Positions 28,501 to 38,937 are shown, numbered from the stretch's first letter. The stretch is DNA of 64,000 nt from Armatimonadota bacterium (GCA_038207085.1 JBBRAE010000001.1:192001-256000); one strand, 5' to 3'. Program-made: numbers and translations. The notes: generated from the sequence alone by a model not told the origin.

Positions 28501-29540
28501 TTTGGCACCTCACCGTTGGGATATAGCAGCACCTTGCCGCACTGCCCAGAGGCCATTATCTCCATAGCGCGATCGATGTCTTCAAATCGCATCCGGTGGG
28601 TGATGATCGGGAAGAGGTCGACCCTGTGCGACTGTATCAGCCTGGTTGCCTGGTACCACGTCTTGAACATACGCCGTCCGTGTATTCCCTGGACGATCAA
28701 ACCCTTCAGAACAACATCGCTTCCGATATCGATTTCAACCGGCGACTTTGGAAGCCCAAGAAGCGACACCCTGCCTCCCGCGCGGGCCATTTTGAATGCA
28801 GATGTGATGGCGTCGGGGTCGCCTGACATCTCAAGCACTACGTCGAAACCGACGCCCTCGGTCAACTCCGTCGCTGCTTGAACTGCGCCATTCCCCCCGT
28901 TAACCACGGCGTCCGCTCCGAGTTTCCTGGCGAGCGCGAGTCGGAAGTCGGATATGTCAAACCCAACCACACGGGTTGCCCCAGCCGCCCGAGCGATCGG
29001 AATAGCGGCAAGACCGATCGGGCCACATCCGACGACCGCCACAGTCGTCCCAGCGATCTCGCCCGAGAGCACAGTGTGGACTGCGTTGCCGATGGGGTCG
29101 AAAATCGCGCCAACTTCGGCGGGAATCTCCGGGGCGAGCTCCCAGACGTAATGCTCGGGCATCACGAGGTACTCGGCAAAGCTGCCGTTTCGGTCGATCC
29201 CGCAGACCTCGACGTGTGAACAGACATGTGCCTGGCCTGTTTTACATTGATAGCAGTGTCCACAGGTGATGTGACACTCGGCGGTGACCAAGTCCCCAAC
29301 TCGAACGCGACGGACCTCCGACCCGACCTCAACCACCTCTCCGCAGAACTCGTGCCCGAGGACCACGGGCAGTTTCAGACGTTTAGCCGACCATTCGTCC
29401 CACGAATAGACGTGCAGATCCGTGCCACAGATCCCGGCTATCTTGATCTTGATCAAGACGTCCCCGGGGCAGACGGTTGGCATTTCAACCTCCACTACGT
29501 CCAGGCCGGGTAGTGGAAACACCTTCGCGATCGCTTTCAT
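28497..29540 (-). CDS. tdh: L-threonine 3-dehydrogenase
   Basis: GICGTDLH, GHEF, structural-Zn Cys cluster, DPIGNAVHT, GIHGRRMFKTW. Confidence 0.93.
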   Translation of the reverse strand: MKAIAKVFPLPGLDVVEVEMPTVCPGDVLIKIKIAGICGTDLHVYSWDEWSAKRLKLPVVLGHEFCGEVVEVGSEVRRVRVGDLVTAECHITCGHCYQCKTGQAHVCSHVEVCGIDRNGSFAEYLVMPEHYVWELAPEIPAEVGAIFDPIGNAVHTVLSGEIAGTTVAVVGCGPIGLAAIPIARAAGATRVVGFDISDFRLALARKLGADAVVNGGNGAVQAATELTEGVGFDVVLEMSGDPDAITSAFKMARAGGRVSLLGLPKSPVEIDIGSDVVLKGLIVQGIHGRRMFKTWYQATRLIQSHRVDLFPIITHRMRFEDIDRAMEIMASGQCGKVLLYPNGEVPK

Positions 29541-29668
29541 AATTCCCTCGACTCAAAGGCAAGCTGCTTTTGTGATACCCAGGGTAAATATTTCCCACAC
29601 AAAGCAGTCGCCTGCTCGGTGTGAACAAACTGTACGGGAGGGTATCATGACGGTGCAGGAGGACTACT

Positions 29669-30052
29669 ATGGACCTGAATACAACGTTCCCACGGGCAGG
29701 CGAGATGCTGCTCGGTGGTTATCCCTGGGTTGCTCGCATGTCAGACAAGGCGCGGGCTTACAACGAAGGCACTCTCGGTGACTTTATCTATCCATGCCCG
29801 ATCGACAAGGAGATGCTTGCGGAGCTCAATCTAACCGGAGAAGAGTTCGCGGAGATTGCCGAGCAGTGCCCGACCGATATCGACCTGCTTAACGAGCTTG
29901 GGTTACCCGAGGACAACAAAGACCACGATGTTCATCGCTGGGCGATGGAGTTTCTGTCTAACCGGCACGATAGCCTGATGAGGCAAGCCGAGGAGGAAGG
30001 CCGTGTCTACCATCCTCCTGACAGCATTGAGATCATAAGGCCATTTGCGTAG
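29669..30052 (+). CDS. DUF5069-like small protein
   Basis: LGGYPWVARMSDKARA..YPCPID motif; AGGAGG RBS. Confidence 0.65.
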   Translation: MDLNTTFPRAGEMLLGGYPWVARMSDKARAYNEGTLGDFIYPCPIDKEMLAELNLTGEEFAEIAEQCPTDIDLLNELGLPEDNKDHDVHRWAMEFLSNRHDSLMRQAEEEGRVYHPPDSIEIIRPFA

Positions 30053-30087
30053 ATTAGGACGAGTGGTGGGCGGTTAACCACTTCCCA

Positions 30088-31209
30088 TCACTCGTCGCTC
30101 ACTTTCCCCCTGGCCCGTGCCTTGAGAGCGTTGGAAACCGCAGGCTTTGCCTTTACCCACAGCCAGTACCACAGAGGCGAGAGCACCATGTCGTACTCCC
30201 CGATATACTCAACGTAGCGGGGAGAAAAGCCTTCTTTAAAGCGATTAAGGCCCTGGAGGTGATCGTCGTCCTCGCTCGCACCACGCCTTGGCGAGACTCC
30301 GCGGAAATCGTACCACTTACACCCTGCCTCTTTGGCCCACTGGATGGCTACCCACTGCATCAGGTGGTTTGGCATCAGGTTGCGGTGCTCATTGCTCGAT
30401 GCGCCGTAGACGTACCATGCGCGGTCACCGATGATGAAGTTGAATGCGCCGGAGATGACCTGTCCTTCGTGATAAGTGAGGAAGAGCTTGACGAAGCCTG
30501 AGGGCTCAAGGATGTCCCACATCGTCTCAAAATAGCTAAAGCCACGCACCAAAAACTCGTCGCGCTTTGCTGTGACTTGCAGAACATCGTAAAACGCCCG
30601 CAGGTCTTCTCTCGTGCAGTCACTTTTGACGGTGACTCCCTTCTTCTCGGCAAGCCGGATGTTGTAGCGCCATTTGGGCTTGAAGCTTGCGAGTAGGTCG
30701 TCTATGCTCTGGTCGAGATCGAGCTGCATCACGCACTTTGGCTGAGTGCCGCCAAACCCTGTCGGGTCGGCGACAAGCTTGAAGCCCGCCTGCTCGATAT
30801 TCAACGCGGAAACGCTGTCCTCAATGGGAACAGGTGGGTCGATTTTGAGAAGTATCGCGCCATGCTTCAGCGCGATCGCACGCAGGCCTGCTGTAAACTC
30901 TGAAACGAGTCGCGGGTCGATAGTGTCCATAACCGGGCCGCGCGACACGTAAGCGATGAACTTGCCGGTCCTTGGGATACTGCGAAGTAGCACGGAGGCA
31001 ATGGCGACGATCCTTCCGGATTCGTCCTCACCGACTACCCTCACGGGCCTCCAGCCACTCTTAGCTTTTACATCTCCCCATTCCCAGGACTGCATAAGGT
31101 CGCCGGTCGGGAAATTGGCGACAAAACCGTTAAAACTGGCCTTTTCGGCCTCGGGTATCTCTCGAATATTCACGCGGAAAATTGTACCACCACCGGCGTA
31201 TTCCGTCAA
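30088..31209 (-). CDS. FemABX-family lipid II aminoacyltransferase (start may be the GTG near 31173)
   Basis: QSWEWGDVK, RGP, KWRYNIRLAEKKGV, YVYGASS, YDFRG, GLNRFKEGF. Confidence 0.9.
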   Translation of the reverse strand: MTEYAGGGTIFRVNIREIPEAEKASFNGFVANFPTGDLMQSWEWGDVKAKSGWRPVRVVGEDESGRIVAIASVLLRSIPRTGKFIAYVSRGPVMDTIDPRLVSEFTAGLRAIALKHGAILLKIDPPVPIEDSVSALNIEQAGFKLVADPTGFGGTQPKCVMQLDLDQSIDDLLASFKPKWRYNIRLAEKKGVTVKSDCTREDLRAFYDVLQVTAKRDEFLVRGFSYFETMWDILEPSGFVKLFLTYHEGQVISGAFNFIIGDRAWYVYGASSNEHRNLMPNHLMQWVAIQWAKEAGCKWYDFRGVSPRRGASEDDDHLQGLNRFKEGFSPRYVEYIGEYDMVLSPLWYWLWVKAKPAVSNALKARARGKVSDE

Positions 31210-31234
31210 TCAAAAGATATCGAGCACCCAGGGA

Positions 31235-31603
31235 TTAGCCCTGGTTCTGCCTGACTTTCAGTGCTGCAAGAGCCTCTTTGGCCTTCTGATAGAAAGGTTC
31301 GATGTCGAGCGCCTTCTCATACTCGTACTCCGCCTCGGCCAATATGCCGGTGGCTTCGTAGGCCTGAGCTATATTGTAGTGGGACTTGGCGACATCTGGT
31401 GCTACCTGCACGGCGAGCTTGAACGCGCCGATCGCCTTGTCCATACGTCCCTTGCTCGCGTAAGCCGCGCCGAGATAGTTGAACACGCGGTAGTCGGACT
31501 GACTGAGTCTGGTAGACTCCTCAAGTTCGGCTATCGCCGTATCCAAGTCGCCAGCCTTCATAGCCGTGAGACCAAGCTGAAAATGTATCTGTTCTTGCTC
31601 CAT
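31235..31603 (-). CDS. TPR-repeat protein
   Basis: Three TPR motifs; AGGAGG RBS before the ATG at 31603. Confidence 0.85.
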   Translation of the reverse strand: MEQEQIHFQLGLTAMKAGDLDTAIAELEESTRLSQSDYRVFNYLGAAYASKGRMDKAIGAFKLAVQVAPDVAKSHYNIAQAYEATGILAEAEYEYEKALDIEPFYQKAKEALAALKVRQNQG

Positions 31604-31693
31604 ATCAAATATCCTCCTGTGCGTCCAGTATATAGCGCAAAGCACACATGTGTAAAGATCGGCTAAATGGTGTAAATTGTTCAGAGCCAGCTG

Positions 31694-32085
31694 ATGAGCC
31701 CTGTTCCTAGGTTACTACTACTCGCAGACCACTGACCGTTACGCTGACGCGACCAAAATCCCAAATCCGACAACTCACAGCGGCACGGTTAAGGTCTATG
31801 GGCTGACACCCGGACAGTATACGCTGGAGCGATGGAGCACCACAGACACCAACCCGGCCACCCAAGTTACGTCAACGTCTACGATCACCGTTGGATCAGA
31901 CGGAATCGCGACTGTTTCGACTAGCAGCATAACCTGCGGCGTGGAGTTCAAAATCAAGCCAGCTGGCGCGCCAACCCCTCCTCCTCAGCCGACTCTCAAG
32001 CAGCACAGGAAGAGTCTCGTGGACGATATCGAGCGTTGCTTCTGGGGCATCTGGAACGGTCACCTTCCAGGTTAAAGTCAACTGA
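31694..32085 (+). pseudogene. Remnant of a secreted protein: C-terminal beta-sandwich fragment plus an out-of-frame DUF11-like tail
   Basis: Start-less frame ..GTVKVYGLTPGQYTLERWST..VEFKIKPAGAPTPPP, then in another frame VSWTISSVASGASGTVTFQVKVN*. Confidence 0.6.
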
Positions 32086-32090
32086 TTCCC

Positions 32091-34253
32091 CTACCCCAAA
32101 TAGAGAATATTGACTACGGAGTTCATCGCCCGCTGGGTCCGCTCGGTCTCGGTGGCGATGAACTCGTCGCTTGTCTCCGTCCGAAACGCGCGGGATGCGA
32201 TGTGGGCAAGGATGTCGTGCACCGCAGCGCTGTGGCCTATCTTCAGGAGCTCTCGGATGCGTGCGGCAAGCCCATCAAAGCCAGTCGTGCCCGCCTTTAG
32301 TTCATCCTCAAATACCTGCACGGCCTCAGAGACGAAACGCAGGCGTTCGATTGGGTTCGCCTCAAAGTCTACTGACCGTATCGGAAGACGTCGCACATCC
32401 TCAAGCTCGATCTGAGGCTGAACCATCTTGTACCCCGTAAAAGCGCGAAATACGTAGTCGCTCATCAAGCGTGAGTTCAGTATGGCAAGCAGATAGAGAT
32501 AGTGATACTTGCCAGGCCCAAGCTTTATCCCGTATACGGACTGAGGCACGACAAAACCGTGGTCGTCGTAAGCGGCGACTACCCTCGCAGAGCTCTTCTG
32601 AAGGACGATCTTGGGGCCGCTGTACCAATCCAGAGGCTTCCGCACAGCCTCTCTGCTGATACCAAGGCCCTCCCAGGCGGTTCGCCCGCGGTGGATGCTC
32701 TCCCCGCCAAGGAGTATCGGCATATCTCCGGCAGAGGCCGCAATCTTTCGCTTGCCGATCTCTTCACCACGAAATACCCTATCGACAATATCTACTTCAT
32801 TGAGAAAGACAAAGGGTGTTGCGACGTTCGTAAGTGATTTCTCTGGCCCGTGGATGCGCTCAAACACTCCCTCATAGGCCGAGTCGACCAGATACAACAC
32901 TTCAGAGCGCGGCTGGGCAAGCGCGAACGATGGGCGAACCGTCCTTGCCTGTCGAAACGTCGCGAGCTTGGGGTCGAGTTCGAAAGCCTTCCTGTCCGGG
33001 GTAGTCTCCAGTCTAAGAACGGGAAATGCGCGACCATCGGAAGGTGTGTTTGCGGCTACAAGAATAATGTTTGCCACGTGCGCCCCTGGAAACGCGCCAG
33101 CGACGTGAACGACGCTTCGAACGGTCCACTTTTTGAGAAGCTTCTCGCGAACAGCGGTTGCGTTGGTGCGCACAAGAAACGGGTCGGGGAGCACCATCGA
33201 AAGAGCCCCTCCGGGTTTGACGAGGTCTTTTGCGATCACGCTTTCGAGAAACAGCAGATAGTAGTCGCTCTGCCCTTTCACACCGTGGACGGCTTGATAA
33301 TCGGCCATAGCGGAGTTCTTCGCCGCAACATACGGCGGGTTGCCGATTACCGCGTCAAAGCCGGGGTACCCGGCAAATAGCCCAAAAGCATCGGGGAATC
33401 GATCGTTCCATGAGAGTTCGCCGTTGCCAGAAAGAGCGTCCGCGCAGACGAGGTGGCTTGCGATCATAGAAGCGTCAGCACGACCACCTGACTCGAGCCA
33501 CAGGAGGAACCGGGCGATGTCTACGGCGATTGGGTCGATGTCACAGCCGTAGATGCACCAGGTTGCGATATATCCTGGGTCAGCGCTCTCCGAAAGCCTG
33601 TGAAGTGCCCCTACAAGGAAGTCGCCGGCGCCCATCGCCGGGTCAAGCACACGCGCCATCACGGGGTCGCTGACGCGCCCGAGCGACTCATGAACTATGT
33701 AGTCGATGATATATCCAGGGGTGAAGAACGCGCCGTTACGTTTGCGACTGCTTGAGTCAGCGCGTAGACGCACGCCGGGTGGGTCAGGGACGATCTCGGG
33801 GCGGCGATCCAGAAGATATTCGTAGAGCAAGCTTATCCAATTTGCCGGGATAGAGCCGAAGTAGACGCTGGATATTGCGGGGTCGCTTCCGGATCCCAGT
33901 AGCTGCCTCAGGATGACCCGGGCGTGCTTTGCGGGCACGGATTCACCATCGGTGGACTTCAGCAGGTCTACGCCTGTCGTCTCCCCACAGGAGATCAGAC
34001 CGGCACAAGCCTTGCTCCAGCTCCCTCGACCAATCGCGACATCCCTCATGGAAGCACACGACTTTGCCACTCCGCCGATATCCCGAGAATCGAGAATAAA
34101 CGCGCCGAGGATGCTGAAGACGAATCGAATGGCGGTCCTGTAGGAAGTCTGAGGATCGGAGGTATCGGAGACGAGCCCAGCCGTAGCTACAGCCACCGCT
34201 CCTGCGGCTCGTGAACAAAACTCAGTAAACTCTTTGCTCTGCCGGGTTATCAT
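32091..34253 (-). CDS. N6-adenine DNA methyltransferase (Eco57I/TaqI-like) with TaqI_C-like TRD and no evident nuclease domain
   Basis: GAFFTP, VLDPAMGAGDFL, GNPPY, YLLAILNS. Confidence 0.85.
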   Translation of the reverse strand: MITRQSKEFTEFCSRAAGAVAVATAGLVSDTSDPQTSYRTAIRFVFSILGAFILDSRDIGGVAKSCASMRDVAIGRGSWSKACAGLISCGETTGVDLLKSTDGESVPAKHARVILRQLLGSGSDPAISSVYFGSIPANWISLLYEYLLDRRPEIVPDPPGVRLRADSSSRKRNGAFFTPGYIIDYIVHESLGRVSDPVMARVLDPAMGAGDFLVGALHRLSESADPGYIATWCIYGCDIDPIAVDIARFLLWLESGGRADASMIASHLVCADALSGNGELSWNDRFPDAFGLFAGYPGFDAVIGNPPYVAAKNSAMADYQAVHGVKGQSDYYLLFLESVIAKDLVKPGGALSMVLPDPFLVRTNATAVREKLLKKWTVRSVVHVAGAFPGAHVANIILVAANTPSDGRAFPVLRLETTPDRKAFELDPKLATFRQARTVRPSFALAQPRSEVLYLVDSAYEGVFERIHGPEKSLTNVATPFVFLNEVDIVDRVFRGEEIGKRKIAASAGDMPILLGGESIHRGRTAWEGLGISREAVRKPLDWYSGPKIVLQKSSARVVAAYDDHGFVVPQSVYGIKLGPGKYHYLYLLAILNSRLMSDYVFRAFTGYKMVQPQIELEDVRRLPIRSVDFEANPIERLRFVSEAVQVFEDELKAGTTGFDGLAARIRELLKIGHSAAVHDILAHIASRAFRTETSDEFIATETERTQRAMNSVVNILYLG

Positions 34254-34302
34254 GCTCGCTCCCTATAAAGGGTTTGACAACGGCCCGGTAACTCCTCCTT
34301 GG

Positions 34303-35073
34303 TCAAGCAGCTTTTTGCAGTGGTTTTCTTGCCAAGATCATGAGAATAACGCCGAATACGACCACAGCAGCGATGCTCGCAACCTGTGCCTGGGTGAGCC
34401 CCCAAAACCAGACCTCCGCCGTTGCGCCTTTTCGAATGAACTCGATTCCAAAGCGATACACAGAGTAGAGCACGAGGTAGCTGAAGAACACGAAGCCCCG
34501 CGGCCGCTTCAATCGCTCAATGCGAGTGAGCAGTGCGAATATTACCAGGCTGATGACAAAAGCGTAGAGCTGTGCGGGGTGACGAGGGTCGGTGAGCGCG
34601 CCGGAAGCATCGGTGAAGCGAACCCCCCAGGGTAGATCGGTATGCACGCCGTAGCAGCAGCCATTCAGGAAGCACCCAATGCGGGCAAACGCATATCCGA
34701 TCGCGGCCGATGGGGCGAGCAGATCGGCGAACTTCAAGAAGTCGAGTCGTTTAGCCCTGACATACACGGCAAGGCAGGCAATTGAGGTAACCAATCCACC
34801 GTGGAACGAAAGACCGCCCTGCCAGATTTTACCGGCTTCGGCAAATATACCCCATCCCGCGTGCGGCACTGCAAGCAGCAGGTAGAGCAGGCGACAGCCT
34901 ATAATCCCCGAAATGAGCATTAGAACACACGCATCGACGACCTGCGACGACGGTATGCCACGCTTTTCGCAGACCTTTGTCGCTCTCCACAGACCGATCA
35001 GGAAGCCGAAAACGAGAAAAGTGCCGTAGGCATGAACGGGTATAGGGCCAAGTTGAAAGAGAATAGGTCTCAT
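34303..35073 (-). CDS. lgt: Prolipoprotein diacylglyceryl transferase
   Basis: GGLSFHGG, RIGCFLNGCCYG, HPAQLY, RFGIEFIR. Confidence 0.95.
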   Translation of the reverse strand: MRPILFQLGPIPVHAYGTFLVFGFLIGLWRATKVCEKRGIPSSQVVDACVLMLISGIIGCRLLYLLLAVPHAGWGIFAEAGKIWQGGLSFHGGLVTSIACLAVYVRAKRLDFLKFADLLAPSAAIGYAFARIGCFLNGCCYGVHTDLPWGVRFTDASGALTDPRHPAQLYAFVISLVIFALLTRIERLKRPRGFVFFSYLVLYSVYRFGIEFIRKGATAEVWFWGLTQAQVASIAAVVVFGVILMILARKPLQKAA

Positions 35074-35107
35074 CAGTAATATCTACGTCCCGCAAGTGGA
35101 AAATGTC

Positions 35108-35653
35108 TCACGAATGATGGCTCTCAGCCGGAGCGCTAGCACTTTTCCCCCCGCGTTCTCTTTCGGCGATGATGGTGTGGCACATCAGCATAACCACACC
35201 GACGACGATCGCTATGTCGGCAACGTTGAATGTGGGCCACGTCACCATACGTCCGGCGATCGACACCCCGAAATCCAGAAAATCCGTGACGGGGCCGAAG
35301 ACAATGCGGTCGATCAGGTTTCCAAGAGCCCCACCAAGAAGCAGGCCGAGGGCGACCGCCAATAGCTTGCTCTTGGCGCGCTCTTTTCGGAGCGCAAACA
35401 CAGCGAGCACCGCAGCGAGGCCAATCAGTATCAGTAGTGGCGGCCAAGAGCCCATCAAGCCAAACGCCGCGCCGGGGTTCTCCACCAAACGGAGCGAGAA
35501 AAAGCCTGGAACGACCTCTACCTTATGGCCGAATTCGAGCACATGCCTCGCGGCGGCCTTCGATACCTGGTCCGCAACAAGCGCGCCAACCGCGGCTATA
35601 TAGAACGCGGCCTTGCCTATCTTCCCTCTACTATATCCTGACAATCTATGCAA
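35108..35653 (-). CDS. lspA: Signal peptidase II
   Basis: DQVSK, NPGAAFG, GALGNLIDR, VTDF, FNVAD. Confidence 0.95.
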   Translation of the reverse strand: MHRLSGYSRGKIGKAAFYIAAVGALVADQVSKAAARHVLEFGHKVEVVPGFFSLRLVENPGAAFGLMGSWPPLLILIGLAAVLAVFALRKERAKSKLLAVALGLLLGGALGNLIDRIVFGPVTDFLDFGVSIAGRMVTWPTFNVADIAIVVGVVMLMCHTIIAERERGGKSASAPAESHHS

Positions 35654-35994
35654 AAAGTCGCGTAAGGCAAAGCTTTAAGCCTCTCTCGACTGATTTCCCT
35701 TTCGCAGCGGTCACAAATCCCATAAGTGCCAGCCTCGATCTTGCCGAGCGCACGGTCGATATTGGCGATCAGGTCATCGACGTTTCGATCAAGCGCAAGG
35801 TCCTTCTCCCTCTCAAAGGTCTCCGTGGCATAGTCAGCGGGATGATTGTCGTAGTCGGCAAGCTCGCTGACTTCGTCGGCCTGATTTTCTTCACTGTTAC
35901 GACGAGCGATACGCTTGGACTCGCTGCACAACCGCTCACGGTCCCGAAGGAGCGCTTCCTTGAACTTCTCTATATCAAGTCGTCTGGTCGCCAT
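35617..35994 (-). CDS. DksA/TraR C4 zinc-finger protein
   Basis: NHPAD, YGICDRC..ERLKALP..CIDCQ. Confidence 0.9.
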   Translation of the reverse strand: MATRRLDIEKFKEALLRDRERLCSESKRIARRNSEENQADEVSELADYDNHPADYATETFEREKDLALDRNVDDLIANIDRALGKIEAGTYGICDRCEREISRERLKALPYATFCIDCQDIVEGR

Positions 35995-36065
35995 AAGGCA
36001 GTACCCCCGTAAAGTATTTTTCTAATCACTCTCGGCGGAACCGACCTCAGGCGACCGACCAACTA

Positions 36066-38846
36066 TTATGCATCATGCGGTTCAAGCGACGAAACTACGT
36101 CCGCACACCGGTCACACAGACCAGGGTGTTCGGCGTTCTCGCCAACCGTTTCCAGCACAAGCCAGCATCTCGCGCACTTGTCGCCCTCCGGCTTGCCGAC
36201 CTCCACAGAGAGATCGGACCCCTCAGGCGCACGCACGAGCACGACCTGCGAAACGATCAACACAGAAGGCAGCTCATTTGCATAAGACTGCAGAAGATCG
36301 TAAACAGTCGCCGGGGCTGAGATCACTACCCGCGATTCGAGTGGCTTTCCTATTGTTCCCGCCTGCCGTGCCTGTTCAATCACTTTATATACTTCGTCGC
36401 GAACTTCAAATATCCTAGCCCACTTTTCAGCAAGGGCATCGTCGACATACTCGTCTCTAACAGTCGGATATTCGGCAAGGAAGACAGACTGCGCCTTCCC
36501 CTCGCCGGGGACAAACCGCCAAACTTCCTCGCACGTATGCGAAAGCACAGGCGCAAGCGCGCGAACCAGCGTTGAAAGCATCTCGAAGAGCGCGGTCTGA
36601 GCCGAACGCCTCTTCAAGTCTTTAGGACCAGACGAGTAAAGCCTGTCCTTGATGATATCAAGATAGAGTGCGCTCAGGTCAACAGCAGCAAAGCTGTGAG
36701 CGGTATGGAACGCCCGATAAAACTCGACCGATTCATACCCCTCGGTCATCTCTGTGACGACCTTCTGGAGTCTGTGTAGCGCCCACCTGTCGATCTCAAG
36801 CATCTCATCGACGGGAACCCGGTCGGCCACTGGATCGAAGCCGCTCAGGTTGCCAAGAAGGAACCGGAACGTGTTTCGCAGCCTTCGGTAGGTGTCCGTG
36901 ACCCGCGTTATCATATCGGGGCCGATCTTGATGTCCTCGGACACGTCAACCGACGCCATAAACAGCCGAAGAACGTCTGCGCCGACTTCCTTGATGACCT
37001 GCTGCGGGGCAATCACGTTGCCGACCGACTTGCTCATCTTTCGGCCCTGCGCATCGAGCACAAAACCGTGGCTCACAAGTTCCCTAAAGGGCGACGACCC
37101 CCTGGTCGCGGTTCCGACGACGAGCGATTTATTGAACCAGCCCCTGTGCTGGTCCGATCCCTCACAGTACATATCCGACGGATAGGTATCCAGCCGTTTC
37201 TCGACAACCGCGCGGCAGCTTGAGCCGGAGTCAAACCAGACGTCGAGCACGTCGTTCTCTTTTGTAAACTCATCACCGGCGCACTTCGGGCACTTGAAGT
37301 CCGGGCCGAGCAGATCCTTGGGGTCCTTCTCGAACCACGAGTCGGAGCCGTTGGCAAGCGAGTCCTGATAGATCGCGTTGACAGATTCGCTCGTCATAAT
37401 CGCTTCGCCACAGGATCTACAATAAAAGACGGGAATTCCGACTCCCCACGACCGCTGCCTGGAAAGACACCAGTCAGGCGAGTTTTCGATCATAGCCCGC
37501 AGCCGGTTCGACGCCTCAGCCGGGTAGAAAATGATTTTTTCGATCTCTTCGAGCATCTTCTCCCGGAGGTCGTTGTGATCGATAGACATGAACCACTGAA
37601 CGGTGGTCCTGAAGACAACCGGCTTGTGGCACCTCCAGCAGTGCGGATAGCTGTGCGTGATTTCCATGCAACCAAGAAGCGCGCCGGCCTCGCGAAGCGC
37701 CGCAACGACGGCATCGTTACCTTGCTTGAGGACGTGCATGCCTTCGAACTGACCGGCATCTTTGGTGAAGACACCCTTCTCATCAACTGGGTTGAGCGGC
37801 GTCAAGCCATATCTCTGACCAGTGAGGAAGTCCTCACGTCCGTGACCAGGCGCAGTGTGGACCACGCCGGTTCCGTCTTCCATAGTGACGTAGTCGGCGA
37901 ACACCAGGATCGAGTCGCGATCATACAAGGGGTGCTTGAAGACCATTCCCTCAAGATCACTTCCCGGCACGGAATCCGTGACGACGAACTCGGCTATTCC
38001 CATAGCCTCCATCACCTGCCCGGCGAGCTTCTCAGCAATCAGGTAGCGGTCGTCACCGACATCGACGAACGAATATGTCTCCTCAGGGTGAACCGCGACT
38101 GCGAGGTTCGCGGGTATCGTCCAGGGGGTTGTCGTCCAGATTATCGTATAGTTGTTCTTCTTGGGTGTATTGACATCAAATAGCCCCTTGGGGTCTGTTA
38201 CGAGCGGGAAACGAACATAGATCGACGGCGACGTATGCGGGGCGTACTCTATTTCAGCCTCAGCAAGCGCCGTCTTGTCGTTGATGCACCAGTGGATCGG
38301 CTTGAGTCCCCTGTAGATATATCCCTGCTCCGCAAGCTCGCCGAATACTTTGACGATGGTTGCCTCGTACTCATAGTTCATCGTGAGATAGGGGTTGTCC
38401 CACTCGCCGATGACGCCGAGGCGCTTAAACTGCTCGCGCTGTTTGTCCACCCAACCGGCGGCGTAATCGCGGCAGGCCTTGCGCATTTCAAGTAGGCTCG
38501 GAGTCTCGTGCTTCTTGCGGAAACTCTCTGACACCCGCTGCTCGATCGGCAGACCGTGGTTGTCCCATCCGGGGATATAGGGCGACTGATACCCGTTCAT
38601 TGTCTTGTAACGGGTAACAAAATCCTTCAGTAGCTTGTTCAGCACGTGTCCGATGTGAATATCACCGTTTGAGTACGGCGGTCCATCGTGCAGAATAAAC
38701 CGCCCGCGAGGAGCGTCCTTCTCCAGCATGAGCTTGTAGAGGTCGATATCCTCCCAGAACTTCTGGATCTGCGGCTCCCGGTTGGCGAGGTCGGCCTTCA
38801 TCGGGAAATCTGTCTTTGGTAGGTTGATTGTTTTACTATAATCCAT
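36066..38846 (-). CDS. ileS: Isoleucyl-tRNA synthetase
   Basis: HIGH and KMSKS motifs, C-terminal zinc finger. Confidence 0.98.
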   Translation of the reverse strand: MDYSKTINLPKTDFPMKADLANREPQIQKFWEDIDLYKLMLEKDAPRGRFILHDGPPYSNGDIHIGHVLNKLLKDFVTRYKTMNGYQSPYIPGWDNHGLPIEQRVSESFRKKHETPSLLEMRKACRDYAAGWVDKQREQFKRLGVIGEWDNPYLTMNYEYEATIVKVFGELAEQGYIYRGLKPIHWCINDKTALAEAEIEYAPHTSPSIYVRFPLVTDPKGLFDVNTPKKNNYTIIWTTTPWTIPANLAVAVHPEETYSFVDVGDDRYLIAEKLAGQVMEAMGIAEFVVTDSVPGSDLEGMVFKHPLYDRDSILVFADYVTMEDGTGVVHTAPGHGREDFLTGQRYGLTPLNPVDEKGVFTKDAGQFEGMHVLKQGNDAVVAALREAGALLGCMEITHSYPHCWRCHKPVVFRTTVQWFMSIDHNDLREKMLEEIEKIIFYPAEASNRLRAMIENSPDWCLSRQRSWGVGIPVFYCRSCGEAIMTSESVNAIYQDSLANGSDSWFEKDPKDLLGPDFKCPKCAGDEFTKENDVLDVWFDSGSSCRAVVEKRLDTYPSDMYCEGSDQHRGWFNKSLVVGTATRGSSPFRELVSHGFVLDAQGRKMSKSVGNVIAPQQVIKEVGADVLRLFMASVDVSEDIKIGPDMITRVTDTYRRLRNTFRFLLGNLSGFDPVADRVPVDEMLEIDRWALHRLQKVVTEMTEGYESVEFYRAFHTAHSFAAVDLSALYLDIIKDRLYSSGPKDLKRRSAQTALFEMLSTLVRALAPVLSHTCEEVWRFVPGEGKAQSVFLAEYPTVRDEYVDDALAEKWARIFEVRDEVYKVIEQARQAGTIGKPLESRVVISAPATVYDLLQSYANELPSVLIVSQVVLVRAPEGSDLSVEVGKPEGDKCARCWLVLETVGENAEHPGLCDRCADVVSSLEPHDA

Positions 38847-38862
38847 AGGTGCCCTAATGATA

Positions 38863-38937
38863 GAAAACCCCTGTCTTGCAGGGGTTTTCGTAGATTTCGC
38901 TAATCAAAGTATACCGTTTTGAAAGCTCACTCGTCAA
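38863..38937 (-). promoter_or_regulatory. ileS promoter (TTGACG-N18-TATACT) and leader hairpin
   Basis: Boxes at 38932-38937 and 38908-38913; 11-bp perfect stem gaaaacccctg/caggggttttc at 38863-38889. Confidence 0.55.

Noticed and set aside
27796..28881. Long antisense or alternative-frame ORFs (also 42723-43523, 41779-42480, 30956-31666, 16550-17164 and others)
   Set aside because: Shadows of well-supported genes in GC-rich sequence; no recognisable motifs
31691..31740. Hammerhead ribozyme (CTGATGAG)
   Set aside because: No stem II followed by GAAA and no closing stems
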